Shown in pieces: positions 18,328 to 27,768 of a DNA stretch of 52,429 nt. The stretch spans positions 1 to 52,429 of IMG/VR virus record IMGVR_UViG_3300032516_002092; one strand, given 5' to 3'. This DNA is from a virus (Duplodnaviria; Caudoviricetes). The position numbers were made by a program, and so were the translations under genes. The notes under the pieces were generated by a model. It was not told the origin of the DNA. It saw nothing but the letters and a program-made list of their open reading frames with translations, and did no database searches. Numbering within the stretch: the first letter of the stretch is position 1; the number at the start of each line of letters is the position of its first letter.

Positions 18328-18365
18328 AAAGGCGCCCGCTTACAAGGCGAGGCGCCTTTTCTGTT
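18328..18365 (+). terminator. Intrinsic terminator just downstream of the late promoter
   Basis: Stem AAAGGCGCC-CGCTT / AGGCG-A-GGCGCCTTT followed by TCTGTT. Confidence 0.7.
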
Positions 18366-18385
18366 GCACGGACACGCGAGGATAG

Positions 18386-19558
18386 ATGGCTAAGGCACCG
18401 GCGATCAGGGACCGAATCAAGGATCTGCGGCGGGTACGGGCCGGCGACCTTCTGCCCGAGCCTCGCAACTGGAGACGACACCCCAAGGCGCAAAGTGACG
18501 CCTTACTTGGCGTGCTTCGTGAGATAGGCTACGCCGATGCCCTCCTGGCCCGGGAGACGCCCGAGGGCCTGATGCTCATCGATGGCCACCTCCGGGCCAG
18601 TTTGACGCCGGATACGCTGGTGCCGGTCCTGGTCCTGGACGTGACCGAGGCCGAAGCGGCGACCATCCTCGCAACGCTGGATCCTCTCGCCGCAATGGCC
18701 CAGGCCGATAAGTCGGCACTGGACGCCCTGCTCAGAGACGTGAGCACTGGCGAGGCGGCGGTGCAGAAGATGCTGGCGGACCTTGCCAAGCAGAGTGGGC
18801 TCGATTACGGCGAGGAGCCAAAGCCTGACCCCGGCTCGCAGATTGACCGAGCCGAGGAGTTGCGGGAGAAGTGGCAGACAGAGCGGGGGCAGTTGTGGCT
18901 TGTCGGGAAGCACCGCCTGCTTTGTGGCGATAGCACGAAGGCAGAGGACGTGGCCCGGCTGATGGACGGGGAGCGGGCGGTAATGCTCTGGGCCGACCCT
19001 CCGTACTCGCGCGACTACGAGAGCCGTGGGGCCAAGGGCGATTGCGTGTCAACTGGAAGATGGGCAGCCATTTTGAGCAGCTTGGCGGGTTGGACCGCTC
19101 GGATTGGCAGTTGGTATGTGAAGCTGCCCTGGTACGACGCTGTAATCGCAGTGCCGGTACTAAGGCCGAAGCATCTTATCGTATGGGCAAAGCAAGGCTT
19201 TGGGCTTGGTAGGGGGGATTTTCGCCCCCAACATGAGATGCTTCTCTATGGGCGCGAGGGCGGCGTGTGTAACGCTGGCGCTGACCTGGGTGATGTCTGG
19301 ACATTCGCTGTCCCGTTCCGTGGCAGGATGCACCACGTCGCAGAAACGCCGACGCCGCTCATAGTGCAAGCTGTTGAGGTGAGTAGCCAACCCGGAGACT
19401 TGGTAGTCGACCCGTTCGCCGGAAGTGGTACTGCTCATGTCGCTGCAGAGCAACTCGACCGTGTCTGCTACGGCATGGAGATCGAGCCGAAGTACGTCGC
19501 CGTGTCCCTTCAGCGTATGGCCGACATGGGGCTCACGCCCAAGCTGGCCGATGCTTGA
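18386..19558 (+). CDS. ParB-N + DNA adenine methyltransferase
   Basis: PRNWRRHP, LIDGHLR, HRLLCGDST, ADPPY, VDPFAGSGT, MEIEPKY. Confidence 0.88.
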   Translation: MAKAPAIRDRIKDLRRVRAGDLLPEPRNWRRHPKAQSDALLGVLREIGYADALLARETPEGLMLIDGHLRASLTPDTLVPVLVLDVTEAEAATILATLDPLAAMAQADKSALDALLRDVSTGEAAVQKMLADLAKQSGLDYGEEPKPDPGSQIDRAEELREKWQTERGQLWLVGKHRLLCGDSTKAEDVARLMDGERAVMLWADPPYSRDYESRGAKGDCVSTGRWAAILSSLAGWTARIGSWYVKLPWYDAVIAVPVLRPKHLIVWAKQGFGLGRGDFRPQHEMLLYGREGGVCNAGADLGDVWTFAVPFRGRMHHVAETPTPLIVQAVEVSSQPGDLVVDPFAGSGTAHVAAEQLDRVCYGMEIEPKYVAVSLQRMADMGLTPKLADA

Positions 19559-19576
19559 TACACGGTCTACAGAATT

Positions 19577-19993
19577 ATGGTAAACCTGAAGTACACCAGC
19601 GAGGCGATAATCGAGGCGCTCAAGTCCGTCAACGGCATGGTGTACCTGGCTGCCCGCAAACTGGGTTGCGAGCCCAAGACCATCTACAACCGAGCCAAGC
19701 AGGTGCAGGAAGTCCAGCGGGCCATTGAGGACAGTCGGGGCGAGCTGGTGGACATTGCTGAGCAGAAGCTCCGGGGGGCCGTGCTGGATCGGGAGCCGTG
19801 GGCGGTGGCGCTGGTGCTCAAGACGCTGGGCAAGAGCCGGGGATACGTCGAACGGCAGGAAGTCACCGGCCCCGATGGCACGCCGCAGCAGCATGTAGTG
19901 AGGTTCGACCTGTCGGGCCTGACCGATGAGGAGCTAGACCAGCTTGACACGCTCACTGGCAAGATTGCCGAGTCGGTCCGAGATACAGGCTGA
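19577..19993 (+). CDS. terS: Terminase small subunit
   Basis: HTH AARKLGC..KTIY; LKTLGKSRGYVERQEVTG; DLSGLTDEEL; directly before terL. Confidence 0.75.
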   Translation: MVNLKYTSEAIIEALKSVNGMVYLAARKLGCEPKTIYNRAKQVQEVQRAIEDSRGELVDIAEQKLRGAVLDREPWAVALVLKTLGKSRGYVERQEVTGPDGTPQQHVVRFDLSGLTDEELDQLDTLTGKIAESVRDTG

Positions 19994-21371
19994 ACGATGG
20001 CGCCGGACCCAGCGCGACCGTGACGGCCTGTTCGCTGGCATCGAGCGCCTACTCGGCTTCACCATCGCCCGCCACCCGTCGCCGGGCTGCCCCGAACACC
20101 GGGCGCCCCTGGACTTCCTGGCCGACTTGTACTTCGGCCAGGTGCAGCGGGCCATCGGGCTAGCGGCCCGAGGCGGCGGCAAAACTCGTCTCGTGAGCAT
20201 ACTAGAGTGGCTCGTCGCCTGCCGGGATAAGACATGGATGTTTCATGCTGGCGGCGTCGAAGAACAGGCCAAACGAGCCTACAGCTACGTCCAGGAGTAC
20301 GTCGGCCTGCCGGCCTTCGCTGGCATGGTGGCCAGCAGCTTGATGAGCGAGACTCGCTGGGCGAACGGCTCCCGCCTGGAGGTCCACAGCGCCACGATCA
20401 ACCAGGTGAGTGGCGCCCACCCCCGCCTCAAGGTAGCTGACGAGGTGGAGATGTGGGACCCCGCCGTCCTGGAGAAGTTCTGGGGCATGGGCACGGGCGA
20501 GGGAGTCCAGACGGTCCTGATCAGCACCCGAGACCAGGCCGTCGGGCTCATGCAGATGCTCCTTGACGAGGCGCCAAAGCGGCAACTGGCCGTCTACTCA
20601 TGGTGCATCTGGGACGTCAAGCAGCCCTGCCCCGACTGCCTGAAGGGCGGCTGCGAGCTGTGGGATCAGTGCCAGGGCAAGCACCAGCACAGCAGCGGCC
20701 ATCGGCCCCGGCTGGACTTGGTGGACAAGTTCTTGTCGGTGGACCGGGACACCTGGGAAGCCCAGTACCTTTGCAAGCGGCCAGGCCAGGCGGGTTTGTG
20801 CTTTCCCGACTTCGTGAGTGAGCCCGGCAGCCCGGAGCACAGCAACGTCACCGAAGCGGCGGAGTTCGACCCGCAGTACTCGGTCGAGTTGTGGTGTGAC
20901 GACAACGTGGTGCTGCCCCGGGCCATCCTGTTCGTGCAGGAAGACGGCTCCGGCAGGCTGCGAGTGTTCGAGGAGTACTACCGGGCCGGGTACCTGCAAG
21001 CGTCAAGTGTGGCCACGGCGGTCGAGAGGCTGACAGAACTGGGCAAGTTCCCGCCGGAGAAGGCAGTAGTGCCGGCCGATGCGGCGGCGCTTCGACTGGC
21101 CTTCACGCAGGCCGACGTTGACGTCGCGGTGCCTCGTGACTACCGGCGGCGGGAGGGTGCCAGCATTCTGGCGCAGCGCATTCGCACGGCTAGCGGACAG
21201 CGGGCTCTGCTGATTCACCCGCGCTGCACTGCTACCATTCACTCGCTGAGGATTGCCTACCGGCCCCTGATTGCGCCGGGCGTGTACGGGGACGAGCCCG
21301 CCAAACACGCCGAGGATCACGCCCAGGACGCGTGTTGCTATGGCACCTGGGTACATCGGTGGAGCAGTTAG
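19944..21371 (+). CDS. terL: Terminase large subunit
   Basis: Walker A ARGGGKT, Walker B VADEVE, C-terminal nuclease IHPRC...DHAQDACCYG; start approximate. Confidence 0.85.
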   Translation: MTRSLARLPSRSEIQAERWRRTQRDRDGLFAGIERLLGFTIARHPSPGCPEHRAPLDFLADLYFGQVQRAIGLAARGGGKTRLVSILEWLVACRDKTWMFHAGGVEEQAKRAYSYVQEYVGLPAFAGMVASSLMSETRWANGSRLEVHSATINQVSGAHPRLKVADEVEMWDPAVLEKFWGMGTGEGVQTVLISTRDQAVGLMQMLLDEAPKRQLAVYSWCIWDVKQPCPDCLKGGCELWDQCQGKHQHSSGHRPRLDLVDKFLSVDRDTWEAQYLCKRPGQAGLCFPDFVSEPGSPEHSNVTEAAEFDPQYSVELWCDDNVVLPRAILFVQEDGSGRLRVFEEYYRAGYLQASSVATAVERLTELGKFPPEKAVVPADAAALRLAFTQADVDVAVPRDYRRREGASILAQRIRTASGQRALLIHPRCTATIHSLRIAYRPLIAPGVYGDEPAKHAEDHAQDACCYGTWVHRWSS

Positions 21372-21382
21372 GAGCGGCAGAA

Positions 21383-21679
21383 GTGAAGTTAGTCACGGCA
21401 TGGGATGCACTCACGCCAGGGGAGAAGGTCCGCTCCGCAATGTGGGAAGCAGCAGCCCGCTGGGGGATAATGTGGTGGGAACTTGACAACGGCAGGACAT
21501 TACGGCTCCTGTACCGGACCGAGACGGGAAGACTGCCACTCCCCTTGGCCCACATGCGGACCGGCTCTGCGACTGTAACGTCTGAGGTCTCCAAGGGCGG
21601 TCCCGAGTATCAGCGGCTGGTTGACTTTGTTACCGAAGTCGAGCAGCGGGCAGGCGTCGAGGTGGCGCTGGTAGTGTAG
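21383..21679 (+). CDS. Hypothetical protein
   Basis: AGGAG RBS then GTG; open to TAG at 21679. Confidence 0.5.
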   Translation: MKLVTAWDALTPGEKVRSAMWEAAARWGIMWWELDNGRTLRLLYRTETGRLPLPLAHMRTGSATVTSEVSKGGPEYQRLVDFVTEVEQRAGVEVALVV

Positions 21680-21688
21680 GAGTAGCAG

Positions 21689-22018
21689 ATGGACTCGGAC
21701 ACCTGGGAGTTGTGGAAGCGCCTGCCGGAGCCCAAGCGGTTGCACTGCGAGAAGGGTATTTGCCACGTGATCGTGAGCGACCCGACTGGCGGCTACAGCG
21801 TTGGTCCGGACACCGATATGGATGATACTATCCACACAGATGCCCTCACAGAAGAGCAGGCCATCTGCATGGCCACGGATGAGGTGCGGAAGCTTCAGTG
21901 CCCTCGCTGCTATGGTAGTGGTTACCGGACGCTGTTCGCTTCCTTCGTCCCACTGGACTGCAAGAAGGAGACTTGCGACGTTTGTGGGGGGACTGGCTGG
22001 AAGCAGTCAGAGGAGTAG
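21689..22018 (+). CDS. Hypothetical protein with CxxCxGxG zinc finger
   Basis: CPRCYGSG...CDVCGGTG. Confidence 0.6.
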   Translation: MDSDTWELWKRLPEPKRLHCEKGICHVIVSDPTGGYSVGPDTDMDDTIHTDALTEEQAICMATDEVRKLQCPRCYGSGYRTLFASFVPLDCKKETCDVCGGTGWKQSEE

Positions 22019-22021
22019 CAG

Positions 22022-22300
22022 ATGAGTGGCTGGCCAGCATGGTGGGCTGATGTGCAGAGGGAAGCTGCGCAGGAGAGAACTGAGCCTACCAGAACGGAGC
22101 GGAATTGGCGGAGCCTGAACTGGGGCGGGTGTGCGATTCCGCTCTATGGGGCTCTCCTGCTTTGGCTTGGCATGCTTTCTCAGTGGGGGCACCCTTGGGC
22201 GGGAACCATCGCTTTGGTCGGCGTCCTGGCCCCAGTTGCCTTGTATTGGGTGTGGATTGCGTGGGGGATTCTTACGGACACGAATGAGGGACCGGAGTAA
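22022..22300 (+). CDS. Small two-TM membrane protein
   Basis: Two hydrophobic stretches; AGGAG RBS. Confidence 0.55.
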   Translation: MSGWPAWWADVQREAAQERTEPTRTERNWRSLNWGGCAIPLYGALLLWLGMLSQWGHPWAGTIALVGVLAPVALYWVWIAWGILTDTNEGPE

Positions 22301-22303
22301 GCC

Positions 22304-23713
22304 ATGCCGGATAACGGCAGCATCCAAACCGAAGAGGACCTGGCCCTGGCACTGGCTGAGAAAGCGAAGCCCGACGCCGCGAAATATTCGATCCAAGGTC
22401 GTGCTGAGGCTGCCGAGACTTTGCAGCCGCTCGTCTGGTATATCTCCGCGTCCGCTGACGAGATCCCCGCTTACTGGTCGGCTGCAAGAGACGTCTCGCT
22501 CCGCAAGTTTTGGAAGACAGAGAGCATCCTGGCGGGCGCCATCTACTCGCAGGTGGCGAAGATCAAGACGCTGGGCTGGACACTTGACGGACCACAGCGC
22601 CAGGTCAACCGCTACCAGCGTATGCTGTCCGAGGCCGAGTTCGGCAACGGCTGGGGCGTCCTGATCAGCAAAGTGGTCGAGGATTATCTCTGCCAGGATC
22701 GTGGCGCCTTTGTCGAGGTCATCCGTGCCAGCAAGGACGCTACCGGCCCGGTGATCGGCCTGGCGCACCTGGATGCCAGTCGCTGCATGCCAACCGGCGA
22801 CCTGGAGTACCCGGTCGTCTACGCCAACGCTCGCACGGGCCGTCCTCACAAGTTGGCCGACGCCCAGGTTATCCACCTCCCCTCCCTGCCCTCCCCCGAC
22901 GAGTCCCTCAAGAATATCGGATTCTGTGCCGTTTCCCGTGTGTTGCGTGCTTCGCAGATTCTCCGCGACATCGTCACCTACAAGCGCGAGAAGTTGAGTA
23001 GCCGTCCCCAGCGGGGCATTGTGTTCGTGCAGGGCATGTCGCAGCACCGGCTGAACGCCGCCTTTGCCGAAGCACAAGAGCAGATGGACAATGAGGGGCT
23101 GACCCGCTTTGCCAAGGTTGTCACGATTGCCAGCCAGGACCCCGGCCAGCCGCTGGACATCAAGTCCTTCGACTTCGCCAGCCTGCCCGATGGCTACGAT
23201 GAGCAGACTACCACCACGCTCTACGCCTACATCGTGGCGTTGGCCTGTGGCACAGATGCGAGGGAGTTCTGGCCCGCGACGGCCAGTGGTGCTACCAAGG
23301 CCGATGCGCAGGTGCAGGCTCAGAAGGCGCGGGGCAAGGGGTCGGGGGATATCCTGACCAGCATCGAGCGGGCCATCAACTGGAAGGTGCTACCCGACAG
23401 TCTCACGTTCCGGTTCGACTTCCAGGATGACGAAGAGGACGCGCAGAAGGCGGCGCTGGAGGGGGCCCGCATCGGCAACATCGTCAAGATGTACTTCCCA
23501 GGCGCTGGCGTGGAGGGCCTGGTGAGCAAGGCCGAGGCCCGGCAGTTGCTGGCCGACCAGCAGATCCTGCCGCCGGAGTTCTTGGCCAACGAGCCTGACG
23601 TGACGCCGAACGTCATCGCTGACGACGTAGAGCAAGAGGAGGCGCCGGAGCCGACTGAGCCGGTGGCGGCTGAGGCGCCAGCGACCGATGAGACGCCAGT
23701 TGAGGAGTCCTGA
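22304..23713 (+). CDS. Portal protein
   Basis: 469 aa between terL and MuF; D....D.GAFVEVIR, IGFCAVSR, acidic tail. Confidence 0.8.
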   Translation: MPDNGSIQTEEDLALALAEKAKPDAAKYSIQGRAEAAETLQPLVWYISASADEIPAYWSAARDVSLRKFWKTESILAGAIYSQVAKIKTLGWTLDGPQRQVNRYQRMLSEAEFGNGWGVLISKVVEDYLCQDRGAFVEVIRASKDATGPVIGLAHLDASRCMPTGDLEYPVVYANARTGRPHKLADAQVIHLPSLPSPDESLKNIGFCAVSRVLRASQILRDIVTYKREKLSSRPQRGIVFVQGMSQHRLNAAFAEAQEQMDNEGLTRFAKVVTIASQDPGQPLDIKSFDFASLPDGYDEQTTTTLYAYIVALACGTDAREFWPATASGATKADAQVQAQKARGKGSGDILTSIERAINWKVLPDSLTFRFDFQDDEEDAQKAALEGARIGNIVKMYFPGAGVEGLVSKAEARQLLADQQILPPEFLANEPDVTPNVIADDVEQEEAPEPTEPVAAEAPATDETPVEES

Positions 23714-26700
23714 GTTGGTGCGTGTTCGCTACGACCCCCGGGGCGGCGTCGTGCCGGGTGCTGGCATAGTCAGTGCGGCCGACCTGGAGCGCCTGTTTGG
23801 GCCGACTGTCAGAGTGGCCTACAAGGCGGGTACCGGTACTGATGAGAAGTTCAACCCCTACCACGGTCGCGATGGCCGGTTCAGCTCGGGCGGTAATACT
23901 GTTTCAGGTAGTAGCGTAAGCCAGGCGTTGATCGCAGGCGAGAGTAAGATCCGGGACCTGCCCCATGAGAGTGCGTTCGCGTTAGACGCTTCGGGGAGGA
24001 GGATCTTCGAGAAGATCGGTGAACCTGAGGGGGTCGATATCACGCCTACGGAGGCTGCGACCCTTCGGGGATCAACGTTTTCCCATAACCACCCGCCGGG
24101 GTCGTTGTCAGGTTTCTCTGCCGGTGACATCACGTTTGCAGGCAAGTACGGGTTGGCAGAGATGAGGATGGTCGACCAGAGCGGTCGGTACTCACTCCGG
24201 TCTGGTTCTGCCTCCGGGTGGAACTCCTCAAGATTCTCGCCAGAGTCGGTGCCGAGCACCATCTCACGGGCTCGAACGTCAGTTATTGAAGAGTGGACCG
24301 AGGGAAAGCTACCTGCGTCTGAACGTCACCCGGTTAGTGAACAGCAGTACCTCCGTGAGGAGACGATGAGTCGTGTGGCAAAAGCCATCGGTGCTGAGTT
24401 CACAGTGACCCGTTGGTCCGGCATTGGGAAGAAGGCATCGACTGTTACCCAGAACCTACCACTCCCGGACGACGTCGAGGAGGTGACCGCTGCACTCGAA
24501 CGCCGGTTCGAGAAGGCGGTCCTGGCCGGGTTTGAGGTAGTGCAGCGCCAGATCGTCGCCGTCCTCACCAAGTACGCCAATGAGCAGCCGCCACTGCCCA
24601 GCGAGCCCGTGCTGCTGGGCAAGGCGCTGGCTGCATTTGGGGCCAAGGCTGATGGCGAAGAGGTGCCCACCGAGGCTGATAGCTTCTGGGCGCTGATTGA
24701 GCGGGAGCTAGAGCGCTGGTTCTTCCCCGAGATTGTGAACGCTGCCCAGGCGGGCATCCAGAGTGCGGCCAGTGCGCTGCAACAGATTGGGATGGGCATC
24801 GACTGGGCTCTGGTCAACATCCCGGTGCTGAAGTGGTCGAGGCTGCATGCTGCCGAGACGGTACGCGGGATAACCGCCACCACCAGGTCGGCGGTCCGGG
24901 AGCTGATCGTGGCCTGGCAGGAGCAAGGGCTGGGCAAGCGGGGGCTACCGGATCTGATCAAAGCGCTAGAGCCCATCCTGGGGAAGAGCCGGGCCGAACA
25001 GATCGGTATCACCGAGGTGACGAGGGCATTCGCTCAGGGCAACGAGGAATCCTACCGGGAGGTGCCGGGAGCAGTCGGGCAGCGGTGGCATACGGCCAGG
25101 GACGATAGGGTGTGTTTCCCCGAAAATACCCTAGTTGCCACCGCAACAGGGGCAGCCCCGATACAAGGGATTCGGCCTGGGGATATGGTGTGGACCCGCC
25201 AGGGGCTGAGGCAAGTTCTCTCTGTTAGCAAGCGTTCATACACCGGGCCGATGGTGACGATTGCGGCAGGATGGCACACCGTCACCGCTACACCTAACCA
25301 CCCCTTCTGGACGTTAGAGCAGGGATGGCTGGAGGCACGGTATCTCCAGGTTGGTCACACTCTGCAATCGCTCGGCAATCAGTCGATCCAGTTGGGCTGT
25401 GCGCTCAATCTCCAGGTCGGTGATTCTGACCACCTGCCAGCCGTAGGTCTGGAGATAACGGGTCTTCCTCGCATCCTTGGCGGCGTCCCTGTGCCAGTAG
25501 ACGCCATCGACTTCCAAGACGACACGCAATGCCGGCAGCAAGAAGTCTACGCAGTAGCGCCCAATCTTGGTTTCTTGCGAGAACGGGATGCTCATAGCGG
25601 TAAGTGTCTGGCGCATCTGCTTCTCAGGGATCGTCTCCCCTTGAAAGCGGCGGTAGCAGGCAAAGCTGCAAAACTGGCGTTCCGTGTTGCCAGGGCATAT
25701 GTGATACTCCTTGCCGCAGTTGCGACAGTTGATTGCGTGCGGCGGGCGACGGCATTCCTCCGAACAGTAGTGTCGGTTCAGTCGCTTCTCACCCACAAAG
25801 GGCTTGCCGCAGCGTTCACACGTCTGATACTTGGTGAAGGCAGTTCGGCATGCTCGGCTACAAACGGTATAGCGACTGGCGTAGATTCGATTGACGGAAA
25901 AGGCGCGGCCGCATACTGGACAGACCTTCTCCGTCATCTCTGGCGCCCGATTCGCCTCATAACACTCATGGCCACAGAAGCGGACGCCGCGCTGGTAGTA
26001 GGATGCACTGGGCTGAAAGGTTCGCCCACACCGTTCGCATATGGCCGTGGGCGTCTTTCTGCACGCAGCGTGGTAGCATTCGGAGGAACAGAAGACTCGC
26101 TTACCACGAACCGGTTGATGTTTGATGGCAGGTTTCCCGCAACGGCTACAGGTATACGTGAAGGCCACGGCAATCACCTCGCGACTATTATACCACAAAG
26201 GGGTCTAGGGCGGTACGCCACTGTATACAACCTAGAAGTCGAGGGTGAGCCCGAGTACTATGCCAATGGCCTACTGGTTCATAACTGTTCTGGTTGCGCC
26301 CCCCTCGACGGCAAGTGGATCGAGTTTGGTGGCGACTTTCGCACGCTGATACCCGACAAGGAGGTCCGGGACAGCTACAAGAAGACGTGCCAGGTGCCGC
26401 CACTGCACAACCGGTGCCGGTGCAGGCAGACGTGTGTTATGTCTGGTGCTGGGAAGGCGCTGGACGATGGGGAGAAGTTCAACCCGTACCACGGAGCCAA
26501 TGGCCGGTTCTCTTCTAGTGGTGGCGCTACGTCGGTTCACGTTGTTAGCGATATCTCCCAACTGGCACCAGAGCCGGTAATGCCCTCATTCCCAAATGGC
26601 CAACCGACTACCATGGGTGCTAGTAGCTCTCCTGAGGTGCTCAAAGCTTTCAACTCTGAGTTACAGTCTGCGTTTGACAAGTCTCCGGTGCTTTACCGGG

Positions 26701-27206
26701 GTACGTCTTGGAGCGGTGCGGAGAGTCAACTTCAGACGATGGAGCAGACTGGCAAGCTGACCTCTGGTGGATGGGTCATGGGTGAGCGTCGGGCCGAGGG
26801 AACATCTTCTCGGGTCTCACTTACTGTTAGTCCGCAAGTCGCTTCGACGTTCGGGAGTAACAACTTTCAGTCCGACGCGGTTGTGTTCGAGTTTCACAAG
26901 TCTAAGCTGCAGGGTAGCGTTCGTCCGGTTACCTACCAACCAGGAGCCTCCAATTCAATTATGTGGGAGCGGGAGGTCGTCGGCGAGGGTGTCCGAGCGA
27001 ACAGCAGTTCCATCAAACGTGTGATCGTCCAGAAGGTTTCGACCAACCTATTTGCTACTCCGGCTGACGCACGAGAGGAGTTGGCTACCGCGACTGCGTT
27101 TGCGAACTCGTTACGCACCCGGTTCAAGGTCCCCGTGGCGGTCGTTCATGTGTCGGAGATCGTCAAGGCCGACAAGGTGCCGTTCGACCCCGACAAGGTG
27201 TACTGA
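23688..27206 (+). CDS. MuF-like minor head protein with N-terminal JAB-like domain, intein and C-terminal ADP-ribosyltransferase-like domain
   Basis: RAEQIGITEVTRA, WHTARDDRV|CSGCAPLDG..PPLHNRCRC after intein removal; SHNHP...FSAGD; LYRG..SLT..EREV. Confidence 0.85.
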   Translation: MRRQLRSPELVRVRYDPRGGVVPGAGIVSAADLERLFGPTVRVAYKAGTGTDEKFNPYHGRDGRFSSGGNTVSGSSVSQALIAGESKIRDLPHESAFALDASGRRIFEKIGEPEGVDITPTEAATLRGSTFSHNHPPGSLSGFSAGDITFAGKYGLAEMRMVDQSGRYSLRSGSASGWNSSRFSPESVPSTISRARTSVIEEWTEGKLPASERHPVSEQQYLREETMSRVAKAIGAEFTVTRWSGIGKKASTVTQNLPLPDDVEEVTAALERRFEKAVLAGFEVVQRQIVAVLTKYANEQPPLPSEPVLLGKALAAFGAKADGEEVPTEADSFWALIERELERWFFPEIVNAAQAGIQSAASALQQIGMGIDWALVNIPVLKWSRLHAAETVRGITATTRSAVRELIVAWQEQGLGKRGLPDLIKALEPILGKSRAEQIGITEVTRAFAQGNEESYREVPGAVGQRWHTARDDRVCFPENTLVATATGAAPIQGIRPGDMVWTRQGLRQVLSVSKRSYTGPMVTIAAGWHTVTATPNHPFWTLEQGWLEARYLQVGHTLQSLGNQSIQLGCALNLQVGDSDHLPAVGLEITGLPRILGGVPVPVDAIDFQDDTQCRQQEVYAVAPNLGFLRERDAHSGKCLAHLLLRDRLPLKAAVAGKAAKLAFRVARAYVILLAAVATVDCVRRATAFLRTVVSVQSLLTHKGLAAAFTRLILGEGSSACSATNGIATGVDSIDGKGAAAYWTDLLRHLWRPIRLITLMATEADAALVVGCTGLKGSPTPFAYGRGRLSARSVVAFGGTEDSLTTNRLMFDGRFPATATGIREGHGNHLATIIPQRGLGRYATVYNLEVEGEPEYYANGLLVHNCSGCAPLDGKWIEFGGDFRTLIPDKEVRDSYKKTCQVPPLHNRCRCRQTCVMSGAGKALDDGEKFNPYHGANGRFSSSGGATSVHVVSDISQLAPEPVMPSFPNGQPTTMGASSSPEVLKAFNSELQSAFDKSPVLYRGTSWSGAESQLQTMEQTGKLTSGGWVMGERRAEGTSSRVSLTVSPQVASTFGSNNFQSDAVVFEFHKSKLQGSVRPVTYQPGASNSIMWEREVVGEGVRANSSSIKRVIVQKVSTNLFATPADAREELATATAFANSLRTRFKVPVAVVHVSEIVKADKVPFDPDKVY
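25314..26168 (-). CDS. Zinc-finger repeats + DUF559/Vsr-like endonuclease nested antisense inside the intein
   Basis: Five CxxCG...(F/Y/V)CxxxC repeats; E..M...L....IPF.QE..IGRYCVDF....VVLEVDGVYWH...KD..KT.YL...GWQVVRI; GAGGTG RBS 6 nt before GTG. Confidence 0.88.
   Translation of the reverse strand: MAFTYTCSRCGKPAIKHQPVRGKRVFCSSECYHAACRKTPTAICERCGRTFQPSASYYQRGVRFCGHECYEANRAPEMTEKVCPVCGRAFSVNRIYASRYTVCSRACRTAFTKYQTCERCGKPFVGEKRLNRHYCSEECRRPPHAINCRNCGKEYHICPGNTERQFCSFACYRRFQGETIPEKQMRQTLTAMSIPFSQETKIGRYCVDFLLPALRVVLEVDGVYWHRDAAKDARKTRYLQTYGWQVVRITDLEIERTAQLDRLIAERLQSVTNLEIPCLQPSLL
26175..26196 (-). promoter_or_regulatory. Extended -10 promoter and RBS for the antisense endonuclease
   Basis: Minus strand reads GTGG-TATAAT-AGTCGC-GAGGTG-ATTGCC-GTG. 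Confidence 0.7.
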
Positions 27207-27236
27207 TGAGCGTTTGCAGCAGTAGGAGGCAGCAGA

Positions 27237-27743
27237 TTGTCAACCAAGTGGGGGCAGGAGCCGGCAGGGCGCCGGTTTGACATCTGGATGGCAGAACACG
27301 CCGATGGATGGCGCTGGGTTACGGGGGCCAATTCGGATGTGGGGGATGGCAAGACTCCTCGGCTATGGCTGTTGCCGCCAGATGTGCAGCCTTCGCAGGT
27401 TCGCCCCGGCACCTGGGACTACTTCGACCATGGCACCGTAAACGGTGAGTGGCGCAAGGGAGTAACGCTGTTCGATGTTCCCCGCTACACCGAGGACATG
27501 GGGGAAGCCTGGAAGTTGGCTCTGCGCTATGGGCTCATGGTCTCGCCCAGCATGACGGCTGGCTGGTGTGCTGGACAGTTCAAGGGGGCTACCGGAGATC
27601 TGGACGGCGGCAGGCGCTATTGTGTGCCGGGCACCTGGGCTGAAGCACCGTTTGCGTCGCTGGCAATCTGTCGGGCGGCCAGTCTCGTGATTCACCAGTT
27701 GCACCCAGGGGTCGGGTGTTGTGAGGTGGAGGCAGCAACCTAG
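27237..27743 (+). CDS. Phage ABA-sandwich-like domain protein
   Basis: VPRYTEDMGEAWKL...AEAPFASLAICRAA; AGGAGG RBS, TTG start. Confidence 0.6.
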   Translation: MSTKWGQEPAGRRFDIWMAEHADGWRWVTGANSDVGDGKTPRLWLLPPDVQPSQVRPGTWDYFDHGTVNGEWRKGVTLFDVPRYTEDMGEAWKLALRYGLMVSPSMTAGWCAGQFKGATGDLDGGRRYCVPGTWAEAPFASLAICRAASLVIHQLHPGVGCCEVEAAT

Positions 27744-27768
27744 CCCCAACCGCACACCGAGCGAGTGC

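Larger units (their letters stand above)
25113..26285 (+). mobile_element. Intein (391 aa) in the MuF domain
   Basis: Starts CFPENTLV; block B TATPNHPF; ends VYNLEVEGEPEYYANGLLVHN followed by +1 Cys; splicing restores the MuF DxRVCxxC motif. Confidence 0.92.
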
